Part shown: piece by piece, positions 25,268-37,200 of the stretch
Layout: the number at the start of each line of letters is the position of its first letter
Position numbering within the stretch: the stretch's first letter is position 1
Source: Vicugna vicugna
Lineage: Eukaryota
DNA length: 64,000 bases
Direction of reading: 5' to 3'
Assembly: GCA_013265495.1 (NCBI GenBank)
Contig: MU061579.1
Location: forward strand, 6,012,963-6,076,962
Made by a program: the position numbers and the translations under genes
Notes under the pieces: generated by a model
What the model was told of the DNA's origin: nothing
What the model saw: the letters and a program-made list of their open reading frames with translations, nothing else
Databases searched by the model: none

Positions 25268-25525
25268 AGGTATTTTTAGAGCCATTAAAACTTGTGCCGG
25301 GCAAACGTCTCTGTTCTTTACAAATAGTAAATATTTTAATACTTAGACAAGCCTGCTGGAAGGTGTTGTTACCATACTCATTTTACAGAGAGGGAGACTG
25401 AGACACAGTATGATAACCGCCTTACACAGGGATCCACAGTTGTAACTTCAGAGCTGGGAGTGAGAACCTGAAACTGCAGCTCCTTTAAGGTCCATGACCT
25501 TAAAGCTGTTCTAGGCTGCCTCTCA
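25268..25525 (-). mobile_element. MIR SINE, near full length
   Basis: CTCATTTTACAGAGAGGGAGACTGAGACACAG...CAGAGCTGGGAGTGAGAACC...TAGGCTGCCTCTC. Confidence 0.75.
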
Positions 25526-25719
25526 ACTGCTCCACGGAACCCCTCTTCACGGATTCCTGACTTTAATGGGACTGTGTCTGCATTGGCCTTTTATGTCAGT
25601 TACTGCACTTTCCATCTCTGGAGGTTCAGTGGAGGTTGTTGCTGTCTTTCTAGTACTTCTTCCCCTTCCCCTCCAGGCTTGACCATAGAGAGTCCACTTC
25701 CCATGCCTGTTTCGAAGTC

Positions 25720-26135
25720 ATTCTGTACCAGTTCAACCATCGGTGTTGCTTCGGGTCTGTTGATGGATTTGTTTGCTACTGATGAATTCTATTTCTCTGT
25801 ATCATTATACATCTGGTAACTCTAGGTAGGAGACCAGCATTTTTCATTTTACATTGTTGCCTGCTGGATATTTTTGTTCCTGTGAATAATATCAGGCTTT
25901 GCTTTGGGTTGCCATTAAGCCATTTGGAATCATATTGATGCTTTGAAGAATTGTTTAAAGTCTTTGGTAGTTGGGAGCTGAATAGGCTTCAGCTGATGGA
26001 TAATTTGGTCCCAATACTGGGCCAGTACCCTTCTGAGCACTGGATTTTAATCCCCTTGGATAGGGTTTTTTACACTCTGGCTTCTAAGGACACAGATTCT
26101 TCCTGGCCCTGAGTGACTCCAGAGAACTATTTCTA
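25720..26135 (-). mobile_element. Old L1 5' region fragment
   Basis: TTTTACATTGTTGCCTGCTGGATATTTTTGTTCCT...CCAATACTGGGCCAGTACCCTTCTGAGCACT...TTCCTGGCCCTGAGTGACTCCAG resembles L1M 5'-end antisense sequence. Confidence 0.5.
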
Positions 26136-26716
26136 TTCTGAGTATTTGAATGTCTGATTCAAATCCTGACGTTTTCATCTGCAGGATGGTTGATTTTGTA
26201 GATGAATTTTCACCTGAAATTATCTCAATTTATAAATTCTCCTTACGTTTCCCTTGTATGGATGTTGTCTGCCACTTTCTGTTTATTTGAAAATATTCTG
26301 TTTTTCTTACATCCAACCCCTCCCCTAGTAAATAGGTACCACAGATGAATAAAATTGCACTTTTATTTATACTGATAGAAGGACTTCTTATACTAAAAAT
26401 CCTAGTAATCAATCCAAACTTCTCACTTCTCTTATAACTGAACTGGGAAAATAGTATATTTTCTTGTTTTTCTTTCATCTGAAATACTGATTAAAGGTTG
26501 AAAATCTTGCCCAAGATCAGAGTTAACATAACTGTATCTGTATCAGGTTTCTTGTGTTAAGTAATATACTAAATCAGCTCTCACATTTGGTAAGTAAAAC
26601 GGAATCTGACATACATTAAAGAAAATTGTTTCATAGGTAGAGATGTAAAATCAAAATTTTATACTGCTAATTAGTATTTTTTCCTAAAAACGTTGAAGAA
26701 ACATTTTTTGGACATT

Positions 26717-26960
26717 TGTTAAACCAGTAGAGAAGACTTTGCAATGGAGTACAGAGATTGAACTTAAGTCCAAACACAACAAGGGAAAGTAAAGGATGAG
26801 GGTATGAAGTGTGGGGGATGAGGAACTTGATTTTATACTGAGGGTTGGTGATTCTCGCTAAACTAGTCTCAAAGGATTCTTGCTAAAGGCAGGCTAATGT
26901 AAATGTTTAGTCAAGAAGAGAGCTCAGAGGAACCTAACTAAAGTTTCATCATGGAGACAA
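26717..26960 (-). mobile_element. MER31-like ERV1 LTR fragment
   Basis: The reverse complement TGTCTCCATGATGAAACTTTAGTTAGGTTCCTCTGAGCTCTCTTCTTGACTA...TTTAGCAAGAATCCT matches the recalled MER31 5' part. Confidence 0.7.
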
Positions 26961-26967
26961 ATATGTG

Positions 26968-27313
26968 CAAAGATATCCCATGTTCAGGGATTGAAAGAAT
27001 TAATATTGTTAAAATGGCCATACTAATCAAAACCATCTATAGACTCTATGCAATCCCTATCAAAATCCCAAAGGCAATTTTCACAGTAAGAGAAAAAAAC
27101 AATCCTAAAACTTGAGTGAAACTACATAAGACCTCAAATAGCCAAAACAATCTTGAGAAAGCAACACAAAGCTAGAAGCATCACCCTTTCAGACCTCAGA
27201 CTGTGCTACAAAGCTATGATAATCCAAGCGTATGGCACTGGTATAAAAATGGACATATGAACCAGTGGAGTAGAATCAAGAGCCCAGAGATGAACCCTCA
27301 CATATACAATCAA
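26968..27313 (+). mobile_element. L1 ORF2 internal fragment (after the RT domain)
   Basis: Translates as [39 protein letters not shown], then frameshifted L1 ORF2 sequence. Confidence 0.9.
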
Positions 27314-27619
27314 CATTGTTAATGTTACAATTTCATGATAATTTTAAGAGAAATTCTTTTAATACTAAATTGATTCTTGTACGTAATTTCCCTTTTACTT
27401 TGATACACTCAAATCTAGATTTTAAATAGGATTTTTTTTTAACAAAGCTGTAGAAATTCACTTACTGGGTTCTACAAAAATACATTGTCTATGTACATGG
27501 TTAAGGGTATAAGAAAGACTATTTCAATTAGTAAAAAAACATAGTTATGTAATTACTCGTCGGAAGGAGAATCCAGATATAAAGTATGCTATAAAACTTA
27601 AAAAGTTTTAATATGCTGC

Positions 27620-28835
27620 CTTTTTCATGGGTTTGTGTATTTTACTGAAGTTTACAAAAATGTTGGCAAATAGCTGTCAGTGGTATCATTATGTTTTAAA
27701 TTCCTTTTTATCCCTTCTATCCACTTTTAAAATTACAGTATTTTGTATCTTTTCTTTTTCTAGATATGTCACCAAAGGTGTGCCTTTTTGATATATTTTT
27801 ATAGAAATAAATTTTCATGTTTTTATTCTTCCACATGGTATTTTTATTTTCTGTCATTGGTTCACACTCCTATTTTTATTACGTATTTCTTTTAATCTCT
27901 TTGGATTTATTTTATTTTTCATGCTTCAGACAGGCACAACACACTAATTTTCATGCTTTTTTCTAAATAAGTTTCTTTTTGAATAATTTTCTCTAAACAA
28001 CTTTTTCTAAAAGTATCTAAAGGTATAGATTTTCACCACTTTGGTTCAATTCCGAATGTCCTGAGATAGAAGTTTTTCATTATCCATTAGTTCTACACGT
28101 TTTAAAATTCATATTGTAATTTTTATTTAATATAGTAATTATTTAGCAATGTATTCTTGAGTTTATATTTATAAGTTTTTAAAGCTATTTTTAAAAATGG
28201 ACTTCTTAATTCTGCCCTGTCAGAAAGCATATGTGACATCTTCACTTTCTAATATGTTGAGGCTTTCAGCCTAATATATGATTGATTTTTAAATGATCCA
28301 TGTGTGCATGAAAAAATATGTATTTGCTAACTGTGATGTACAGAATTCAATATGCTTGCACTCAGCAAAACTTTCTAATTGTTTAGATTTTACAGATTCT
28401 TGCTGGCTTTTTATTCGACTTGTACTATCATTAATTTAAAGAGGTTTATTGAATTCTCCCTTTATAATGGAAGATGTATCAATTTCTCCCTATAGTTCTA
28501 TTATTTTGGCTTCTTAATGCTTGAGGTCAGTTTGCTAGAAGCATGCACATTTAGAATTGCTGTATCTTTTGATGAATGGAATGTATTGTTACTATATATT
28601 TATGCTCCCCCAGTAATGCTTCTTTTCTAAAAGTCTATTTTGCTTGATACTAACATAGATATGCAGTCTTTATTTTGATAATTATTTGCTTGATGCACCT
28701 TTTCCATTAGTTAACTTTCAATCTCTGCATGTGTATTTGCTTTATCTAATTATATTATAAACAGCATATATCTGAATTTTAAATATTTTTAGTGTGACAG
28801 TTTCTTTATACGACAATTTTAGTCCACTTAACATT
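27620..28835 (-). mobile_element. Ancient L1 ORF2 N-terminal part (inverted arm)
   Basis: Antisense L1 blocks running from TTACTGAAGTTTACAAAAATGTTGGCAAATAG to the endonuclease N-terminus TTTAGTCCACTTAACATT (NVNGLN-like on the minus strand). Confidence 0.65.
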
Positions 28836-28839
28836 TTTT

Positions 28840-29770
28840 AAATTGCAACAAAAGATTGTAAAAAATCTAAATAAATCTGTAACTACTAAATGAAATGAAG
28901 GGATAGCTTAAAGTCACACCTCCCAAAGCACAGCTTACTCAAATGATTTTACAAGTAAGTTCTATCAAATTTTCAAAACAGCAACTGCCATCCCAATCTT
29001 TTCAAAACTCCCATAGAAAAGGAAAACAAACTCCACAACTAATTCTAACAGACCAGCATAACATGATTTTGAAAGTCAACAACTATGGAAATAAAAGAAT
29101 CTTATGGGTCCAGTTTACTCATGAATATTAATGAAAAAGTCCTTAACTAATTAAAATAAAATCCAACAGTCTATATAAAATACTCCATGAATGAGTCTTT
29201 TTCTTCTGTGTATGCAAGAATGACTTAATATTAGAAAATGCAGAAACATAAATCATGACTTCTACCAATTAAAGGGAAAAAATCATTTTAGATGAAGACA
29301 AAGCAATGATAAAACTCAAAATAAATTCATTTTTAAAAACCTGTTATTAAATTAGTAGTAGGATGAAAATTTTAGCCTAAGTAAGGATATTCATACAAGC
29401 CCTATAGTAAACATCATGCATTCTCCTTAAAATCAGGTTGAACACTAAAATAACCACCATTCTTGCTGCTCTTTCATAATGTATCTCTTATCAATATAAT
29501 AAAACAAGATAAGGAAATTAGAGTCATGCAGACTGGAGAGGAGTAAGTAAAAAATGTCACTTTTGAAGAGGATACATTTATTTTGAGTTAATGAAAACAA
29601 AGTTTTGTAGTTAAATTACAAGAAGGAAAGGGGAGAGCAAGGTGGCTAGAATGAAGATTTAGAGGCAGAAGTGCATGCCTAGACCCCAACGAACATGTTA
29701 TAGACTTGTAATTTTTAAAATATTTGAAATAGTATTAGAAAACAGCAAATACCTAAGAATATTTTTGCAA
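28840..29770 (+). mobile_element. Ancient L1 ORF2 RT-region fragment (direct arm)
   Basis: AAAATCTAAATAAATCTGTAACT...ATGATTTTACAAGTAAGTTCTATCAAATTTTCAAA...GCATTCTCCTTAAAATCAGG...AAATACCTAAGAATA. Confidence 0.7.
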
Positions 29771-29784
29771 ACACATTTTTCTTT

Positions 29785-31130
29785 TTTATGATTTCAAACT
29801 ATTTTCAGAGTATAATAAACATCCAGAAATGTGCACCTATCTTGAGTAAACAATTCAGATGTTCAAATGTTGACCATACCTTGGAGAGTGCCCAGATTAA
29901 GAAACAGAATTTATCATCCCAGAGTTTCTCTTGTGCTCCTTCCCAGTCCTGAGCTACCACCAAAGACAATCATTCTCCTGAACTTTAACAGAATATATAT
30001 ATATATATATATATGTTTGATTTATTTTTTACCCTTTGTGTGAACTATACATACAGCATGTAATTCTGTTGATCTTGTGTTACTCAGCATTATCTTAGAT
30101 TCACTCATATCGTTCCTTCTAATTGGTGTATGTTATACCATTTTGTGAATGTATTTATCAATTCTATATATTTCTGTATATTTCCAGTTTTTAGCTATTA
30201 CCAACAATGATGCTATGAAGGTTCTAGTACATATCTTTGCATTTGTGTAGGATGTACACTTAGGAATGAAACTTTTGGGTCAATTTCCCTGAGTGTTTGT
30301 GGCTATTTACACTCTCAGTAGAGTCTGTGAGAGTTCTTCTTGCTCCATATCCTTACCAATACTTGGTATTTTCAGTGATTTTCATTGTAAATAATATGAA
30401 GTCCAATTTATCCATTTGTTCATTAGTAGTAATTTTTAATTTTTGCTTAAGAAATCATCATTTATTCCAGTATGCTAAAGAGGTTCTGTCTTCTCCTATT
30501 GTTTTGCCTTTAGCTTTAGATTGGAGTCCATTAAACTTTTAGGGTGGGTAAGGGTGTTTGGGTGTGGTGCAAAGCAGGCATTAAATTTTTTTTCTGTGTG
30601 GCTGTCCAACTGACAGAGTAACATTTGTTGAAAAGACAGTCTTCTCCCAGCTACCACACAATATTTGAATATTGTGACACAATATTTGTCACAAATGAGG
30701 TTAAGTCTGTGTGAACCTATTTCTGGAATCTCTATTCTTTTTTCTCTTTACTTTTGATAACACTACACTGTCTTAATTTTTTCGGCTTTATAATAGGTCT
30801 TGCTATCTTGTAAATTATTCATCTTTTTAATTCTCTCTAAAATTACACTGGCTATTTTTCTTTATCTTTTGTGTTTCCGTAAAAATTGTGGAATCAACTT
30901 GTCAACACACACATACACACATATACACACACGTGCTCACACAAAAACATGCCCACAGATACTGAGATTTGGGTTGGGATTGGAAAGATTCTATAGATTA
31001 TCTTGAGAAGAATAAACATGTTTACTAATCTGAATATTTCAATCATGAACAAGGCATATACCTCCATTTATTTGGATTTTCATTGTCTCCACATCATATA
31101 TCGTTCTAAGAGTAGAGGTTTTGCACCATA
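29785..31130 (-). mobile_element. Ancient L1 (L1ME-type) 3' UTR and ORF2 end
   Basis: CCCAGATTAAGAAACAGAA...TTTCCAGTTTTTAGCTATTAC...TTGCTCCATATCCTTACCAATACTTGGTATT...ACATTTGTTGAAAAGAC...CAATCATGAACAAGGCATATACCTCCATTTATTT. Contains (AT)n at 29993-30014 and a CA-rich tract at 30905-30942. Confidence 0.8.
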
Positions 31131-31419
31131 TGATATAAGTCAAAATGTCATGAGTGAAAAATGATTAATTCTGTGAAAATATGGTTTAAAATACCACCTT
31201 ATGAATAAAATCAATTATCCCATATACCACACTATATAAATATTTCAGTGGTTCAGAATTTAGTCCTATAACTATATCTTTAAATGCAGAACATTTTTTA
31301 AGTGAGACATTGATGTGACTAGAAAACTTATCCACTCCAGGCATCTATTCTTCAACATCCCTACCAAGCTGCTGTTGTACAGGTTTTGTTAGAATAGCTG
31401 CAAAAGCAGAAAAGTTATT

Positions 31420-31850
31420 TTTCCTTTTGGGACAACTCCTTCAGTTATCGGGAAGTTCAACCTATCAAAGACTTATTCCTTATAATGATCCAAAAATCCT
31501 TCTCTATAAAATTTTTCCCTGTTGGTCCTTACTTCAACTCAGTGTGAATACAGAAGTGATCTGTCTCATCTTCAACAGGAGAGTACTTCAGATTATAAGA
31601 GCCGTTTCTGTGTCCTCATTCTCTTCCTCTTCCTTCTCCTGGCTAGGTGTCTTCCCCCATTCATAAAACATGATTTCTAGTCTTTTCAATATCTGAGTCT
31701 CTCTTCTCTGAATGCACTCCAAGACTTTTCGTGCACGCCCCACACTCTTCAGTGTGGTGCCCATTATTCCAGGTGTAGGCTGAAAGGGAGAGTAGATTCA
31801 GAACATCTTCTCACTTGGAACTAAATTCTCTATTTCAGTCAATGTTCTGA
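31420..31850 (-). mobile_element. CR1/L3 LINE fragment
   Basis: TTTTGGGACAACTCC...GAAGTTC...TACTTCAGATTATAAGAGCC...TTCTCCTGGCTA...CTCTTCTCTGAATGCACTCCAAG...GTGGTGCCCA...TTCCAGGTGTAGGCTGA resembles L3 antisense sequence. Confidence 0.6.
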
Positions 31851-34224
31851 AATGGTGCTGTCATCAGAAAGCTGACTGGCAGGCAGGCAGAGGCCCTCCA
31901 AATTGGCATTTACCTTATTGATCTCATCATTGTCATTCCCGAGTTTTGCCTGCCTGGTGACTTCGGTGGCAGTAAGGACCTATGCTTCAGAGATACAGTC
32001 ACACTAAGCTTAAAAGAAAAGATTAGCCATGCATGTACTCTAGCTGGCCTTCTCTCCCTGAAGGAAAACCACCTCCTGCAAAATAAAATTATAATCTAAA
32101 ATTGATTGGTGAGCACAGAATCAGGGCGAAGAGAATTAGTTCAGCATTTCAATATTTAATTGCTTCAGGGTTCTGACAGTTACATCCATCATCAGAGTCG
32201 AGAGATACCTGCTACCAAAACCAGGCATGGTGAATCTTTTATCAGTGTACTCTCTCCCCAGGACAGAACTAGGATGAGAAGCTGCTGTCATTGATTGCCT
32301 AATGGTCTTGCTTTTCTATATTTTATGCTAATTAATCCCTGTTTCTAATAAATAATTCTTTTTTAGATTCATTAATATCTTCTTTCATCTTCTTCTGCCC
32401 AGGAGGCCAACTTCTTTCTTCAAGGTGACTTTGAATCTCATCATTTTGGGTGGATTTTATAATTCTTATCAAACAGTCTTGTTTCTCTGTTTTCCAAATT
32501 CTAAGAGAGCTCCTATCACCCAGGTCAATTTATGTGACCAAGTAACTAGTCTTATAAAAATTTAGCCACGTGCATACGTAAGATCCTTTCTGTTCTTTTT
32601 CTTCCTTCTCTCTCTGTGCCATTTAGTGGGAGCTCTAGCAGATTCTGGACAGTTTGACTATGAGAATTCAGTGATTAACATTAGCCCTTTGGATATCAAA
32701 CTTCTGGCATATCTTTGAGGACCACTAATATCTCTGATTGGACCCTCTCTGCCTGCATGGCTTTATAGAGAAGGCAAAATGTCTCCTCTATCCAACTTTC
32801 CATTGTCTTCCTATTTTTTCGAAAGCATTTCCAATTATAGTTGAAAGCACTTGGCTCCCTCAAAAGACTCTGAAATGTGAATATTTTCAAACTTCAAACA
32901 AACAAAGATTATAAAGGATCCAGGAATAAAGAAGATCAGAGTAGCAATGTAAAAGCCTTGTGTTTTTCTTAAATATCCAAATGGAAATACTTTTTCATGT
33001 TTTTCCTTAGTGAGGTAACATGTGTATTTTTGAAGTTCCTTCAGAATCTCAAAAGACCCTGACAATTTGCCTTGACCTTATATATTGACTATAACATACC
33101 TTTGGTGACGTGGGCAACAGTTAGCTCTATTTTAATGTCGCAACAGAGCTTGATAAGAAGATGCAGAAGAGGTAGTCTTTTTTATATAGCCGCTTTGGAG
33201 ATATGAATACAAATGGGGGAGGAAGGTGAAGATGAGAAGCGATGCCGCAAAGAAAATGTGCATCTTTGTAAAAGCTAATTGTGATGATAATTACCTTCTG
33301 CTTTGGAAGCACATGGGTGATGTTGGCTCTTACAGTGGAGTTTGTTCAAAGAAGTAAAATAGATTGCGCTATTCAACAGTGACTGAATTGTTCATTATGT
33401 TAAGAATGGAAAGCAATCTTGTAAAATGTCATCTTTTTACATTTTGAAAAATTTTCCAAGAACATTTATGCCAACTAAATGTAAAATTTCCCCAATATCA
33501 CTCCTACCTCATTAAAGGGGAAAAATAATATGGCTAAATGCCTATGACAAATAGTCATACTATTTAAATAATTATCACTGTCTTTTTCAGCAGAGATACA
33601 GACAAGGAACAATCAGGTGAAGGAGTAAAAGGGGTATTCAAGGCATTTGTCAAGGATAGGAAGATACAGAGGGAAAAATGGCTCAGTGTGAGGGATCCAG
33701 GCTTTGCTGGGAACAGCAGCAGCAACTGCTGGGCTGTGCCTCTCTCCCTCGGAAGCATCTTGCACCTTCCATCGCTTAGCCACTCACCCACGCCCTCCAA
33801 CAGACACTCAGAAAAGTGACTAGAATAATGGCAAAGAATAAACTATTTCCTGCTCTGGAGTTACTAGCCCTGCACTCTTTGTATAAATCTGCACATCTCT
33901 TCCAGATTTCAACCAGCTGTTTCTAGTCATTTTGTTAAAAACAAAGCCACCACCGAAAAACCGCAACCGCTTTCTACAATTTCCTCCGAGCTAGCTTGAA
34001 TGTGGGGTCAGTGCCTGTGTGTTTGGGCTATTTCTGCCTCAGCCTTATTTCTCATCTGGGGCTTCTGGAGGTTAACCTCTTCAGATCTGTATAGCACTGG
34101 CCTGTGCAGCTTTCATCTACTTCTGTTTCTGTGCCCTGGCTGGCTCGCACAGTTGGAAGTAATCCCTGGCCTGAATGCTAAGCCTGAAAATTCTGCAGTG
34201 TTTCCAGACTGGCTTCATATCTGT

Positions 34225-37200
34225 AATTTTTTAAAATTAAGGTATAATTGACATAACATTGTATTATTCTCAGGTGAACAATGTAATGATTTGATATTTG
34301 TATATGTTGCAAAATGATAACCACAGTAAGTCCGGTTAACATCCTTCATCATACAAAGTTACAAATTTTTGTGTGTGTGATGAGAACTCTCAAGCTCCAG
34401 TATCCTAGCTACTTTCAAATATGTGATCAGTCTTATTAAATATACTCGCCATGCTGTACATTTCATCCCCATGACTTATTCATTTTATAACTGGAAATGT
34501 GTACCTTTTGACCCCATACCCAATTCATCCATCCCTCACCCTCACCTCAGACAACAACCAATGTGTTCAATTTTCCATCAGCTCAGTGGGTTTTTTTTTT
34601 GGTTTGGTTTGGTTTTTACAGTCTACATATAAGTGAGATCATATGGTATTTATCTTATTCTTTCCAACTTTTCACTTAGCATAATGTCCTCAAGGCCTAT
34701 CCTTGTTGTAAATGGAAAAATTTTATTCATTTCTTTTATGGCTGAAGAGTATTCTGTTGTGTATTTATACACCAATTTTCTTTATCCATTTATCCATCAA
34801 GGAACATTTAGGTTATTTTTAGTGTCTTGGCTGTTGTAATAATGCTTTAGTGAACATGAGGATTTGCTGTCAAACCTATCTGTTTGACTTTGTCTTTGTT
34901 TTCATTGGATTAATACCTAGAGGTGTGGAATTGCTGAATCACGTGGTAATTTTATTTTTAATTTTTTTGAGGAAACTTTGTGATATTTTCTATAGTGAAA
35001 GAACCAGTTTAAATTAACACCAAGAGGGCACAGTGTTCTGTTTTTTCCACATCCTAAGCAACACTTCTTGCCTTTTTTTTTAAGTAGCTGTTCTGACAGG
35101 TGTGAGGTGATATCTCTATTGTGGTTTTTAACCTCTAGTTCCATGATAATTAGTGATGTTGAGCATCTTTTCACCTACCTGTATGCCATCAGTATGTATT
35201 CTTTGGAAAAATGTCTATTCAGACCCTCTGCTCAATTTTTGATCAGATTTTTTCATATTGAGTTGTTTGAGTTCTTTATATAGTTTTGATATTAAGCCTT
35301 TATCAGATATATGATTTGTAAGCATTTTCTTCCATTCTGTAGGTTGCCTTTTGGTTTTCTTGATTGTTTAGTAGCATGTTATTTAATCTCCACATATTTG
35401 TTAATTTTCTTTTAGTAATTGATTTCTAGTTTCATACAATGTGATCAGAGAAGATGCTTGAAATGAGCAATCTTCTTAAATTTACTAAGACTTGTTTTAT
35501 AACCTAACATATGATCTGTCATGGAAAATGTTTTGTGTGCACTTGAGAATATGTATTTTGTTGCTTTTAGATGGAATTCTCTGTATATATCTGTTAATTC
35601 TTTCTGGTATAATGTGCAGTTTAAAGAAGATATTTTCCTTATTGATTTTCTATCTGGATGATCTATTGGTGTAAGTGGGGTATTAAAATCCGCTACTATT
35701 ATTATATTGCTATTTCTCCCTTTAGGTCTGCTAATACTTGCTTTATAAATTTAGGTGCTCTCATGCTGGGTGCATAAATATGTGCAAATACTATATTCTC
35801 TTTTTGGATTGATCCCTTTATCATTATGTAATACCCATATTTGTCTCTTATTACAATCTTTGTTTTAAAGTCTATTTTGTCTGATATAAGTGTACCTACC
35901 ACAGTTTTCTTTTGGTTTCTATTCGCATGAAAAATCTTTTTTTCCCCTTCTTTTTACTTCAATCAGTGTGTCCTCACATCTGAAGTGAGTCTCTTGTAGG
36001 CAGCATATAAATGGGTTCCGTTTTGTTTGTTTGTTTGTTTTGTTTTTTTTAATCCATTCAGCCACTCTATGTCTCTTGATTGGAGCATTTAGTCCATTTA
36101 CATTTAAAGTAATTGTTAATAGGTATGTACTTATTGCCATTTTGTTAATCGTTTTCTGGCTATTTTGTAGTTCTTCTCTTACCTCTCTTTGTGGTTTGAT
36201 GACTGTCTTCAGTGGCATACTTAGGTCCTTTCATTTTATCTTGTGTGTATTTACTATGGGTTTTTGCTCTGTGGTTACCATTAGACTTACATACAACTAC
36301 TTATTTGTAACAGTCTATTTTAGGTTGATAACGATGTAAGTTTGATTGAACACATTCTAAAGCTCTACATTTTCAGTCTCTGCCCCTTATGATTTATGTT
36401 TTGATACTACATTTTATATCTTTATGTTGTGTCTCTCTTAACTAATTATTGTAGTTATAATAATGTTCACTAGTTTTGTCTTTTAACCTTCATACTAGCT
36501 TTATAAGTGAGTAATGCACTATCTTTACTATATATTTACTTTTACCAGTATTTACCAAATACTTTCATTTGTTTCCTTGTTACTATTTAGAGCACTTTCT
36601 TTTTAGCTAAAGAAATCCTTTTAACATTTCTGCAAGGCAAGTTTAATGGTAAAGAACTCTTTTAGTTTTAGCTTGTCTGGAAAACTCTGTATGTCTCTTT
36701 CAATTCTGAAAGATAATTTTGCCAGGAGAGTATTCTCGGTTGGGAGGGTTTTGTTTGTTTGTTTGTTTGTTTGTCTTCCCCCCCCCTTCAGCACTTTGAA
36801 TATACGTTTTCCTGTCTTCTGGTTTGCAAAACTTCTGCTGAAAAATCTGATTGCCTTATGAGGGGGGGTTCCCTTGTATGTAACATTTTTTTTTCTTGCT
36901 GCTTTTGAGACTCTCTCCTTTAATTTTTGAAATTTTAATTATAATGTGTCTTAGTGTGAGTTTCTTTGGATTTATCATTTTTGGAACTCTCTGGACTTCT
37001 CTTGTATCTGGATATTTGTTTCCTTCCCCAAGTTAGAGACGTTTTGAGCCATTATTTCTTCAAATAAATTTTCTGTCCCTTTCTCTTATCTCTTTCTGGA
37101 GCCCCTATGATGTGAATGTTAGTTCACTTGATGTTGTCCCATAAGTCCCTTAAGCTGTCTTTACTTTAAAAAAAAAAAATTCTCTTTGCTGCTCTGATTG

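Noticed and set aside
24985..25401. 138-aa ORF over the CpG-rich segment
   Set aside because: GTG start, reads through the splice donor into a MIR, and no recognisable homology.
32169..32430. Two possible small + strand exons (after TTGCTTCAG and TTCTGCCCAG)
   Set aside because: Donors are weak (GTGAAT, GTGACT) and the peptides are unrecognisable. Not supportable without RNA data.
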